This document shows, one piece after another, positions 23,340-34,044 of a DNA stretch of 64,000 bases. A program made the translations under genes and the position numbers. Where the stretch lies: NCBI RefSeq assembly GCF_964213995.1, contig NC_135803.1, forward strand, positions 121,086,001 through 121,150,000, read 5' to 3'. Numbering within the stretch: the first letter of the stretch is position 1; every line of letters begins with the position of its first letter. Source of the DNA: Mustelus asterias. Taxonomy: Eukaryota. The notes under the pieces were generated by a model. That model made no database searches and was not told the origin of the DNA. It saw only the letters and a program-made list of their open reading frames with translations.

Positions 23340-23535
23340 TACCAGCAAGAAAAAAAGAAAACAAAAAAAAAAAGAAAACAAAAAACAAAAAACAAAAAGA
23401 AAACAAAAAAAAAAAGAAAACAAAAAAACTTCCCCACACTTATAATTAGGTTAGAGGAGGATGGAAGGGTGGGATCCTCTACCAGTGTAGAGGATCGGGT
23501 ATCTCCTCTGCACCAATTTATAGGGCTAGGGGCCC

Positions 23536-23938
23536 TATTAAATCCAAACAATTGATATTAAATCCAAACAACTGATATTAAACCCAAACAACTGATATTA
23601 AACCCAAACTGATATTAAGTCCAAACAACTGATGTTAAACCCAAACAACTGATATTAAATCCAAACTGATATTAAATCCAAACAATTGATATTAAATCCA
23701 AACAACTGATATTAAACCCAAACAACTGATATTAAACCAAAACAACTGATATTAAATCCAAACAACTGATATTAAACCCAAACTGATATTAAGTCCAAAC
23801 AACTGATATTAAACCCAAACAACTGATATTAAATCCAAACTGATATTAAATCCAAACAATTGATATTAAATCCAAACAACTGATATTAAACCCAAACAAC
23901 TGATATTAAACCCAAACTGATATTAAGTCCAAACAACT
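23536..23938. repeat. Tandem array of 21 units of 17-20 bp at the CR1 5' end
   Basis: tattaaa(t/c)ccaaac(aac)tga units with a roughly 7-unit higher-order period. Confidence 0.95.
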
Positions 23939-24139
23939 TTTGCCATCAGATGGTGAGCATTGCATCCATAGTGACAAATACGTGAGCAGAAATTATTAAT
24001 CAAGGGCAGATATGAACAGTTATTGATCATCCCAGTTTTTGGAGTGGTAGTAACTGAACCTTACGACTAAGTTATGTTTGAGTTTGTGTGGATAGGATGA
24101 CCCACAGTGACTCAGGTGCCCAGAAAGCAGAGGAAATAT

Positions 24140-24780
24140 ATTTTTACACGCAGCTCTTCAATTCTTGGAAGTGGATATTTACTTAGCTTGGCAGCCTGAT
24201 TAACCGCAAACATGGATGCTCTTATCTGGTTTCAATATGGGGACAATCGATGTTGCCCATTCCATAAACTGAAACAGCTGGATGCTTTGTGCTTCCAACC
24301 TGTTCAACTCAGCATCCATTTTTCTCAAAGGCATATGGTACCAGTCTTGTCCTAAAGAATCAGGGAGTTGACTCCAGATCAACATAAATCTTAGGTTGCA
24401 AGCGTTTGATTTTGCCTAATTCATCACAGAAAACATTCTTAACAATTCGAGCAGTCTCCTTGTCTGCACTTGAAACATTGCCGACCAATTCAGTTTGATT
24501 TCTTTACACCAAGCACAGCCCAGAAGTCTTGGTCTTTCACTTGTCACTATTATTGCCGGGAGCTGGGCAGACTGTTGCCCATAGCTCACAAGTGCTATTG
24601 TGGTGCCTTTTACTTTTATTGCTTCTCCTGTGTACATCTTCAACTTGGCAAAAGTGCTCTCCCAAGTTCAATGGTTTGGCCCCCTCTCTCAGGTACTGGA
24701 AATGTGTGCTCACCCATCACAGGGACTGATGCTCCCTGTACCCACTTGCATGCTTCCCATTTACACGGAGTATTACAGTA
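24140..24780 (-). mobile_element. Decayed Gypsy pol fragment (protease to RT start)
   Basis: YTGEAIKVKG, PRLLGCAW, EWATSIVPILKPDKSIHVCG; frameshifted. Confidence 0.75.
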
Positions 24781-25349
24781 ACAGGATCTGGCATGGCAAT
24801 GTCCTTGTCATGTTTCAAGATTCTGTGACTATTTTTTCAATGTTCTGTTACAGAGTGTACTCATAAAAGTACTTTTTGCAAAAAAGGGGCTGAGAAGAAA
24901 GGTGGGTGAAGTGTTAATTTCCCTCACAGATTGTGAAAGGTAGCATTTCCTTAACTTCATTTGGTAATCGATAGACCCCTCACACCTACTCTGTCGTGCA
25001 AGTTTCTGGCCTGGTTGGCAGAGGTTGCCTGGAAGGTTTTCCCCTTTGGCTGTGAGCACAAGAAGTTAAAAATAGAGCTGAAGACGTGGGAAGTCAGCCA
25101 AAGCCAAGAAAGGCTGCAAAATCAGCCAGAAATTGAAATAGAAAACCGTGAGGGCAAACTTTGGCTTTAGAAGGAGGATGCAAGAGAAGAAGTCCACTGA
25201 TGTACAGAGTAGCATGTTAATTACCTTAATATGCAAAGGTGAGTTGCTCTAATTGACACACTTAATTCTATTTGAACTGTTGCTCTGTAGGTTCACTTGC
25301 TGTAAAGTTAAGTACCTTAACAACTCAGATGGAGCCTCTGTCTGCTGTG

Positions 25350-25690
25350 GCGTCCACAGCAGACACCACCTTCCTGGCCCTACACTCAAGCCTGGAACAC
25401 CTGGATAATAAGGATACTTGTGTCAGACTCCTATTTATTGACTACAGCTCAACCTTCATAACCATTATCCCAACAAAACTCGTCTTCAAACTCTGTGGCC
25501 TAGGACTCGGCTCCTCGCTCATAGATTCCTAGCCCACAGACCACTATCAGTAAGGATAGGCAATGATACCTCCTCCGCGATTAACTTCAACACCGGTGCC
25601 CCACAAGGCTGTGTCCTCAGCCCGTTACTATACTCCTTATACACTTATGATTGTGTGGCCAAATTCTGCTCCAACTCCATTTTTAAGTTA
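25350..25690 (+). mobile_element. Rex1/Babar-like RT fragment
   Basis: [22 protein letters not shown]; nucleotides for TGAPQGCVLSP. Confidence 0.8.
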
Positions 25691-27900
25691 AAACCCATTT
25701 CGGATCTAATTGGAAACATGTCTACAGAGCTGCAGGGATCTAGCCAATGCCAAATAGAGTCCCTAACGAGACTGAAGCCTGGTAGCTAAGCAGAGACAGC
25801 ATCCCAGCAGTAGGCTGGGAGGGCCATTGATGTCTCATTTAAATCCCACCACTCCCAGAGCCTCTATATTCACCAGCCCACAACTGTAGCCACAAACTAC
25901 CCATGGGAGAGTTTCCATCTTCACGCTGATGGCTTGGCAGCTTAGGCCACATTGATTTTTTTAAAAAACTATTTTAATTTTCGAGAAGGTTTTGCCTTCT
26001 TTGTGGTCATTCACCTGCCTGGGCAGCAACCCACATTTCCCAGTGGGGCCTTAATTGGCCACCTTCAGGCAGGTCATGACACAGTGTTCGAGCGGCCACC
26101 ACTATCAGAGTCAGGACCCGTACTTGTCCCTGATGGCAGAAAAATGTCAAAGACTGGTAAATTCCACTGTCACATCCCTGAGTTAACGAATTGTAAATTA
26201 GATATTGAGCAGTCAATCACACTCCTGAATAATAAAGAGTTCAATCCTTTGAAGGTGAAAGAATACTTAAAGCAAAGAGACTAATTAGTATATGTGTGGT
26301 TGTTCTGGATGTGAGGAATATGTCAGATTTTTTGGTGATTACGTTATAGTGATCTTGTATTTGACAACATTCAGAATGCGCGCCAAAGAATGTTACTCAG
26401 AGAAAGCTACCAGGATGATACAATCTCAAATCCTGGAAAGGTGAGGCTGAAGGAATATTTTCTTTTGGGAAAATAATCCCTTCCTGACCCACATTTTTCT
26501 CTTTTTAAATGTCAGTTGGTTTCCGATATCAGAGGCTTTTCTCTCAATACCCTGATAAAGATTGATTGTTTTGCAAGTATTTATTTGGAACCAATGCACC
26601 AATGTTCTTTCAATCTGCTCAATAAATCTGTGGTGTTTTTTGTTTGTTTGTACAGAGAGGAAACAAGTCCAATGGTTTGAACTCCTGCCTCATGTTTTAA
26701 TTAGAAATCACATTTCCTCAAAAAACACGTGTTCCCAAATACTGAGCCATGGCACACTGGTGTGGCAAGGGTGCAAGTGCGCCGCGGCAACGGGTACTCC
26801 CATGCACGTGACCTTTCATCAAACCACCCGACAAGCCCCAGTCATTTGGATTAAATTTCCTTCGGCCAAGCTCCCCCTTGAGCCCCCGGCACTGCCCCAG
26901 CCCAGGGGGTAGTGCCAAGGCACTGCCTGACCATGTCCCTCTCCCCTGGAGGCTATCATGACCTTTGTATCCTGGAGGGATCCCCTTGATATTTCGTGTT
27001 GGGGTAAACTTGTTGAGAACCTCGCTGATGAGATGTCATGTCAGCGAGGCATGAAGATTTAGTGAGGGGGCATAATTTGGCAAATACATTTCAATAATGT
27101 TGCCAGCGAGGGGCAGGGAAAATCACAGATCACAATCTCGCTGGCGAGATTTGCAATTTCCAGTTTTTGCCAGATTTTGAGCCCCCTCTGACGATCTCGC
27201 ACTCAGAGTGCAGGCTCAAGATTCCGCCCACTGTCTTTATTCAAAAGGTTAGTGGGACCATTCTAGATCAGATTAAAATAGGTTTATTTCATTTCCCTTA
27301 TTCTGACACTGCTGTGGTTTTCTAAGCTCCCTGAGCTGTGGAACGCAAGTTGCATTTTGCCTCCCAACATTGTAACGATACCATGCCTTTAAGAAATGTA
27401 TTTGTGTCATGTTTCCTGTGAAGGAAATGTTAAGATTCAACCCTGTCTAAACAGTGCCGCTTTGTCTGCTCCGGACAGTCCACCTGCTGAGAATGCAGAA
27501 CAGTAATTGCTCTAATTATTGGGGTGTTTGTTTTAATATCAGTTAATGCAGTTTTATTTTTTTGGGTTGTCCCCTGGGGTTTCAGAGTAGGGTTTAATTA
27601 GGTTGATTGACAAGAGTGTGCCATGTACCAATGGGAGGAGCTAGGCTTACAGGTAAAAAGGCAGGCAGTTTCTTTTGGATTTGCAAGAAGCAGCAGCTCT
27701 TCTCTCTCTCTTCGGAGATTGAAGTCTAGGACCTGCTAGTAAAAGGTATCTCTTTCTCCAGAGGTGTTAAAAGGTTTAAGGATTGGCAACCCACGGAAGC
27801 CTGTATGTTTTTGCTAACTGATTTGAAGAGGAGTTTATGTCTAAGAGGAATATTGCTTAAATTGCAATTCATGGAGATAGACTAACAGTTAAGAATTATA

Positions 27901-28432
27901 AAAGAAAATTACTGCAGATGCTGGAATCTGAAACCAAAAGAGAAAATGCTGGAAAATCTCAGCAGATCTGGCAGCATCTGTATCATAGAATCATAGAAAC
28001 CCTACAGTGCAGAAGGAGGCCATTCGGCCCATCGAGTCGGCACCAACCACAATCCCACCCAGGCCCTACCCCCACATATTTACCCACTAATCCCTCTAAC
28101 CTACGCATTTTAGGATTCTAAGGGGCAATTTTTAACCTGGCCAATCAACCTAACCCGCACATCTTTGGACTGTGGGAGGAAACCGGAGCACCTGGAGGAA
28201 ACCCACGCAGACACGAGGAGAACGTGCAAACTCCACACAGACAGTGACCCGAGCCGGGAATCGAACCCGGGACCCTGGAGCTGTGAAGCAGCAGTGCTAA
28301 CCACTGCGCTACCGTGCCGCAGAAAAGAACTGATGTTTCAAGTCCAGATGACGCTTTGTCAAAGCTTTAACAAAGGGTCATCTGGACTCAAAATGTCAGT
28401 TCTTTCTTTCCTTACAGATGCTGTCAGACCTG
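27901..28432. mobile_element. Penelope-like fold-back element (family 2) with nested SINE
   Basis: Palindrome centred at 28364/28365; TSD agttaagaatt at 27887-27897 and 28433-28443. Confidence 0.7.
27983..28320 (-). mobile_element. Young full-length HE1-type V-SINE
   Basis: Consensus-like, CpG-retaining head and (tcatagaa) tail. Confidence 0.92.
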
Positions 28433-29015
28433 AGTTAAGAATTGTACCTTGTCATGTTGAACTGATGCAATGAAATCCAGCAGAGCAAATACATGGGGTT
28501 ATCAGGATAAGACCTGGGTGGGATTCTTGTTGGTGCAGGCTCGATGGACCGAATAGCCTCCTTCTGCACAGTGGGGATTCTATGATTCCATGTTCAAATC
28601 TTTCAGTTGGTAAAAGTTGCGCTAATTCTTTGTTATAGTTAAACTATATTGTTAAATAAAGTTTGTTATAATAAATGCTTCCTAGTGGGTCAATAAAATC
28701 AAACCTGGGGTGAAACACCTTATGCTCCCACTAATGTCAAAATCAAAAATAGTTGGGGTCTCGGCTAACTTCATAATATACCTTGGGGTTTCTGAACTGG
28801 TCCCTAACAATATCATTCATCCACTCATTTTAAGCACCAAGACTAGTCTACCTCCTAGGATGTCTTCTCTCGTTCTACAGACACCTAAAAATGGCCCAGT
28901 CAGTTTATCATCAGGGGAGATGGGTGAAAGTGTTTTCTGTATAAATATGTACACATCACCAATTCACACAGCAATGGTTTTCACATTTAAAGACTAACAA
29001 ATTTTAAAAGACAAC

Positions 29016-30097
29016 GGTCGGGATTCTCCTAAAAAAAATGAAGTGCCCAAACGACGGGTAGACAGAAGAATTTGAACATAGTGCAAGAATCCCTCGCCCT
29101 ATGTGCATCACAGAGTGCCTCAGAGAAACTCACAATGATAAGTAGGGGGCGGGGCCTCATCCTGCCAAGAGGTGGGCAGCATAGTGCTGAGCGGGCCACT
29201 TCGCAGGCAGTGATCTGTCAGTGGGGAGATCGGTGCATGTGCACTGGCCTCCCAATCTCTGGTCTCCCAATTTATTTTGCTGCCCACCCCCCTACCCGCC
29301 ATGGCCAATCCCGTATGCCCCCTCCCTCCCTCTCCCACTGATCCCCTTGCAGCGGGTCCCCCCATCTCCACTACTGACTGTCCACCCCCAGCAGGCCCCA
29401 CCCCCTTGGCATTGCCCAGTGCCCCCTTGGCACTACCATCCCGAATCTACTAATCATATGGAAATAGTGATTTGGCTGATTACGTGGGGAAAAAAGGGCC
29501 TGGAGGACTCGCAATCAGCCGGACGCCAGTAGTGAGTCCCATCACAGCCCACCCACCAGCCCCCCTGCACACCCACCTCCCCACTGATGTCTCCCGGCCT
29601 GCTGTGCTGCTTGAGCAGTCGATGGTAGTCATGATGTGGAGATGCTGGCGTTGGACTGGGGTAAACACAGTAAGAGTTTTAACAACACCAGGTTAAAGTC
29701 CAACAGGATTATTTGGTAGCAAATACCATTAGCTTTCGGAGCGCTGCTCCTTTGTCAGATGGAGTGGAAATCTGCTCTCAAACAGGGCACAAAGACACAA
29801 AATCAAGTTACAGAATACTGATTAGAATGCGAATCTCTACAACCAACCAGGTCTTAAAGATACAGACAATGTGAGTGGAGGGAGTGGCTGCAGAGATTCG
29901 CATTCTAATCAGTGTTCTGAAACTTGATTTTGTGTCTCTGTGCCCTGTTTGAGAGCACATTTCCACTCCATCTGACGAAGGAGCAGCACTCCGAAATCTG
30001 ATAGTATTTGCTACCAAATAAACCTGTTGGACTTTAACCTGGTGTTGTTAAAACTCTTACTGCTTGAGCAGTGCAGTGGGCTGGGAGAATCCCGGCC
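29016..30097. mobile_element. MITE, probably Harbinger-derived, hosting a PLE insertion
   Basis: 14-bp TIR ggtcgggattctcc / ggagaatcccggcc; 3-bp flanks aac/gac. Confidence 0.65.
29620..30059. mobile_element. Penelope-like fold-back insertion (family 1) with hammerhead motif
   Basis: Inverted arms; ctgacgaaggagcagcactccgaaa near 29972; TSD ctgcttgagcagt at 29607-29619 and 30060-30072. Confidence 0.85.
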
Positions 30098-33000
30098 GAC
30101 ATCAGTTATCCAAATGGTGTCATCCTGGGAGAAAACAGTGATTCTTAGATTTGTTCTATCTTGTGTTTTAAATGCAGAAATAATAAAAGTTGCCTTTCAG
30201 TCATTTGATTATGTTCTGATTATTATTATTAATGAACAGATGACTGCTGTCGCCCCACCCCCCTCGCCTCTATTATTTCAACATGATTGAATACAATGCA
30301 AACCAAAGGTTTTAGCCATTTTTACTTAAACAATTTATGTCAGATATTTGATAAAGTAAGTTTTCAGTTTGAATATTTTCCTGATTATTTGACAGATCAA
30401 TTCCTCTCCTTAAATATCTTCCCACTCCTAATGGCTTTTAATCCTCATCCACTAATTCATTCTGAACGACTGTCCCACAGCACAATTTACTTCCTTCTTT
30501 CTGAGCTCAGGGTTATGTTCCAGAAGTCCACTTCTGTTTCTGTCCATGTCAGTCTTTCCCTCTGGCCTGGAGACCAGTAAAATCCGAGATGTCCTAAAAC
30601 AGAGGATGGAACCTTCCCTAACTAACACCATGAGGCTGTTTCGCAGCCACTTCTCGCCCACCTTCTGTTCCTGGGAAATTACGAGGACCTCATTTGGAAT
30701 TGAATCATTCGGTTTGTTCCACTCTCCATTTCAGCTGGAAGTCACCTCTTCCTCACAGGTCCTGATCTGGGAATGAAAAACCTTGCACGTTCATCGTCTT
30801 GATCTCTGCACAAGGAGCCTGTTGTGCAGCGTGGGTGTGTAGACCCCGGGTCTAAACATAGGGATGTTACACACTCAGGTTGTCCCACTGAGAGAGCCTG
30901 TATATGTGCTAGCTATCTTCTCTTTGTGTAGGTTTTAAAATTACGAATGGTCTCCCCACAATTCCTTCCTCTACTTGCTGACTTGTAAAAGGATAATTTG
31001 TGGCACTATTGCATCCTGATGATGTCTGGAGTTACTTTTGCTGCATTTTTTAAACAACTTGGGCTGTATTTTGTGGTCAGTGGCAAAGCAATGACATTCG
31101 CCACTGACCTTGAAGAAATCTGCCACAAAGATACAGCGGTCTCTGTGGCAAGTATTTCCCCTTTCCTCACAACAGTTCAACTCTGCAGCCAAGTCAAAAG
31201 ATTATCCAGAATTCCAGCAGCAATGTTAGCAAATGGGATGAGCAGCCAAACACATTGAAGTATTCTCACAGACAGCAAATCAGGAAATTAAAAGCACTGA
31301 TTATTGCCTTTTTTAATTTAAATTTTCAGATAGCAAAATAAATTATGGTTGGATTAAGGTGGAAGCTCAAATATCCCAAACTTTTGAAAACCATCCACAT
31401 ATATTTTAAATATTTTATAATGGAGAAATTCAAAATTTCACAAATATAAAATGAGCTTGGGATGAATAAGGGTGTTGAACTATAATTATGAATTACACCA
31501 TTAAAAATCCGATTAGACCTTTTTCAACAAAGTGTCACTTAAAAGGGTTTTACAGTGAGACTAACAGTGCAAAAGTTGAAGTGTTCATCAATTCGCTGAT
31601 TGCTTAGATTCTGCGCTCTGATGGAACCTCTGAAGTAATGTAGAATCACTGACAGTAATTTCTGTATTTCTGCATCATTTTGGAATCCTGATGTTGCTGT
31701 CTGTGTTAAAATGATAAAATACATGGGATTGGATTTTGTGGTGGTAATGACAGTAAAACTCTTAGCACTCACTTTCATTACTCCTCTAACAGTTTTACTG
31801 TCATTACCACCACAAAGTCCGAGCCAAAGTATTTTACCATGAACAGTATTCATCAAAGTAAACACATATGTATAATCTCATATAGCTAAGAAACAAAAAT
31901 CACAGGAAGATTACCATTGTGGAGGTGGATAATTGTGATGTTAAGATTGAAGCTCAGATTAGGTAGATGGATTATTTAAAAATATATTACAGCGCTATGG
32001 GAACAAGGTGGATAAATGTGATAAGAACTGTTGGCTTGCATAGAGTGTGACCGCGGGGTGAACATTGACACCTATATTTAAGAAGCTGGCGTGAATATTT
32101 AGCAATTAACTCTAGGATAATTTCTTTGAAGACTATAAAAGGCAGCATTTCTGGACTGCAACTTCTCTACAAAAAATGCAACATCCAGACTTCCCAGTTA
32201 GATAAACACTTTAACAAACAGTGCATTATTGTAAAGCAAATTGGGACAGAAGACATGCACTTGGATCTATCTGGGATTTAAGCCTAAGTTAATATGTGTG
32301 ATGTCAGGCATTTTAAAGCATCTAAACCTAAAGCATCTGGAAAGCTATGCTTTTAGAGAAAGTTTTTAATGGGGCACTTAAGCGAAATGTGTCTGTGGGA
32401 TGATGTAGCTTTAAAATCACCCTCTTGTATACAGCTGTAGTGTAATATATTGTGCCATGTATAGTCCTTATGTTTGGCACAAGATAAATGCTATGTGCTC
32501 CATGTGTATATAAGCCAATCTCAATTGACTTTCAGATACTGTTCGCCATTACTTTTTCACAATATTCTTTCAGAAATTAAACTACAATAAAATATCTGTC
32601 TTCTGGCATGTTCTAGGAATGGATGTACTGGTTAATTAAAAATGCCAGTTAACTAAAATGAAAGATGACTTCTGCATTTCCATCCAATCAGAAAACTTCT
32701 GATATTGACCAATTAGTGAGTGGCTGGGTGATTTCACAGTGATGTGGGTTTTGAGCTATCACTGAAGGTGTGTGAGTGTGTGGATCTAGTGAACAGTGTG
32801 GAGGGTACATGGTGCCACAGAACGGTGGGAGGCTGAGACCAGAGCAGGGCAGGTCACTGATAATAACTACCTGTGGGTTTCACAATTACTCGCGATTGTG
32901 TTAAGAGTGGGACTGATGAGGAACGGTGAACATAACCATTCGGCAACAAGTGTTAGCATCAGCTTCTGAGGGATGAGAAACATCTGCAATCAAAAGACAG

Positions 33001-33681
33001 ACCCTACATAGCAATCCTGGTTACTGGATCATGCCAATTGGTACAGTACTGGATAACACTGATTTAACTGTCTTGCAGTACAAAAGCCATCGGAGTTGAT
33101 CTACAATCTGGTGGAATGATTGAATTTTAAGATTTGGATGTACGAAGATTAAACATAGTGAATTCTTAAATCTGTTGTTGTAGTGGTGATGTTGACCTGT
33201 CTTAAATAAAAGTTAATGTCACTTAACATTGAACAAATAAATATGTTCATTTTAAAACCCACTATCTTTCTAACATGATTCATTCAGGATAAGCTAATGG
33301 TTTTATCCAAGAGTTTTATCTGTCTAAACATTGTAACTATGTTAAATTAAAATACTTCCAGTACTTAGAAAAATCCTTTTATCTATGGCTAACTTTACAA
33401 TAGGAGTCAGCCATCCTTCTTTCTACTTCAGTGTGTCTGGAGCTTCTACCGCCAGATTTATAGCATTAAGTCCTGCCTTTGCAGCATATCTCAATGAAAT
33501 GATCCATGCAAATTAGTGATTGGTGTGACAGAAAGGGACCTTTTCATAATCCTCCTTCTTGTGTCTGTAGCAAGACTACAGTTGCCTTAAGCTTTAGAAT
33601 CCGCAATGAACAAAGCTTTGTACAGGAAAGTACCCTGATAAGGTTATGTCACTTGTGGGAGAATCTGTCCTACAGTCTAAT

Positions 33682-33865
33682 GATGTGTAGGTTAGGTGGA
33701 TTGACCATGCTAAATTGCCCCTAGTGTCCAAAGGTTAGGTGGATTAACCAGGGTAAATATGCGTGGTTATGGGGATACGACGGAGGGGAGGGCCTGGATA
33801 GGATGCTCTTTTGGAGGGTCAGTGCAGACTCGACAGGCCTGGTGGTCTCTTTCTTCACTGTAACG
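33682..33865 (+). mobile_element. V-SINE 3' fragment
   Basis: gttaggtggattgaccatgctaaattgcccc and gtgcagactcga tail. Confidence 0.7.
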
Positions 33866-34044
33866 CCTTTGTGGCATTCCTTCTAATTACATTTTTCAAT
33901 CACCCACTGCAGGCAAAAAATAAATTGCTGCCACAGTACTGTGAACTACACCTAAATCTATTTATTTTTCTAAAAGGAATTGGAAGAAAAATGACATCAT
34001 AATAATTAACCAGCACAATGACCAACTTTGACCAACCCCAAAAA

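Larger units (their letters stand above)
19445..23938 (-). mobile_element. Apparently full-length, intact CR1 LINE
   Basis: 5' tandem array, ORF1, ORF2, about 95-bp 3' UTR with gggccgaagggcc motif and (tagaaca)3 tail; no stops in either ORF. Confidence 0.95.
27371..28809 (+). mobile_element. Putative solo LTR with nested PLE and SINE insertions
   Basis: TGTAAC...TAACA termini, 4-bp flanks acat/atat, AATAAA near 28655. Confidence 0.55.

Noticed and set aside
23340-23423. Phe-rich N-terminal extension of ORF1 in the ORF track
   Set aside because: It is a translation of the T-rich UTR from a non-ATG start; the first ATG is at 23339.
23536-23938. CRISPR-like appearance of short repeats (also 1798-1957 and 40640-40980)
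   Set aside because: Units are contiguous with no unique spacers, there are no cas genes, and the DNA is vertebrate.
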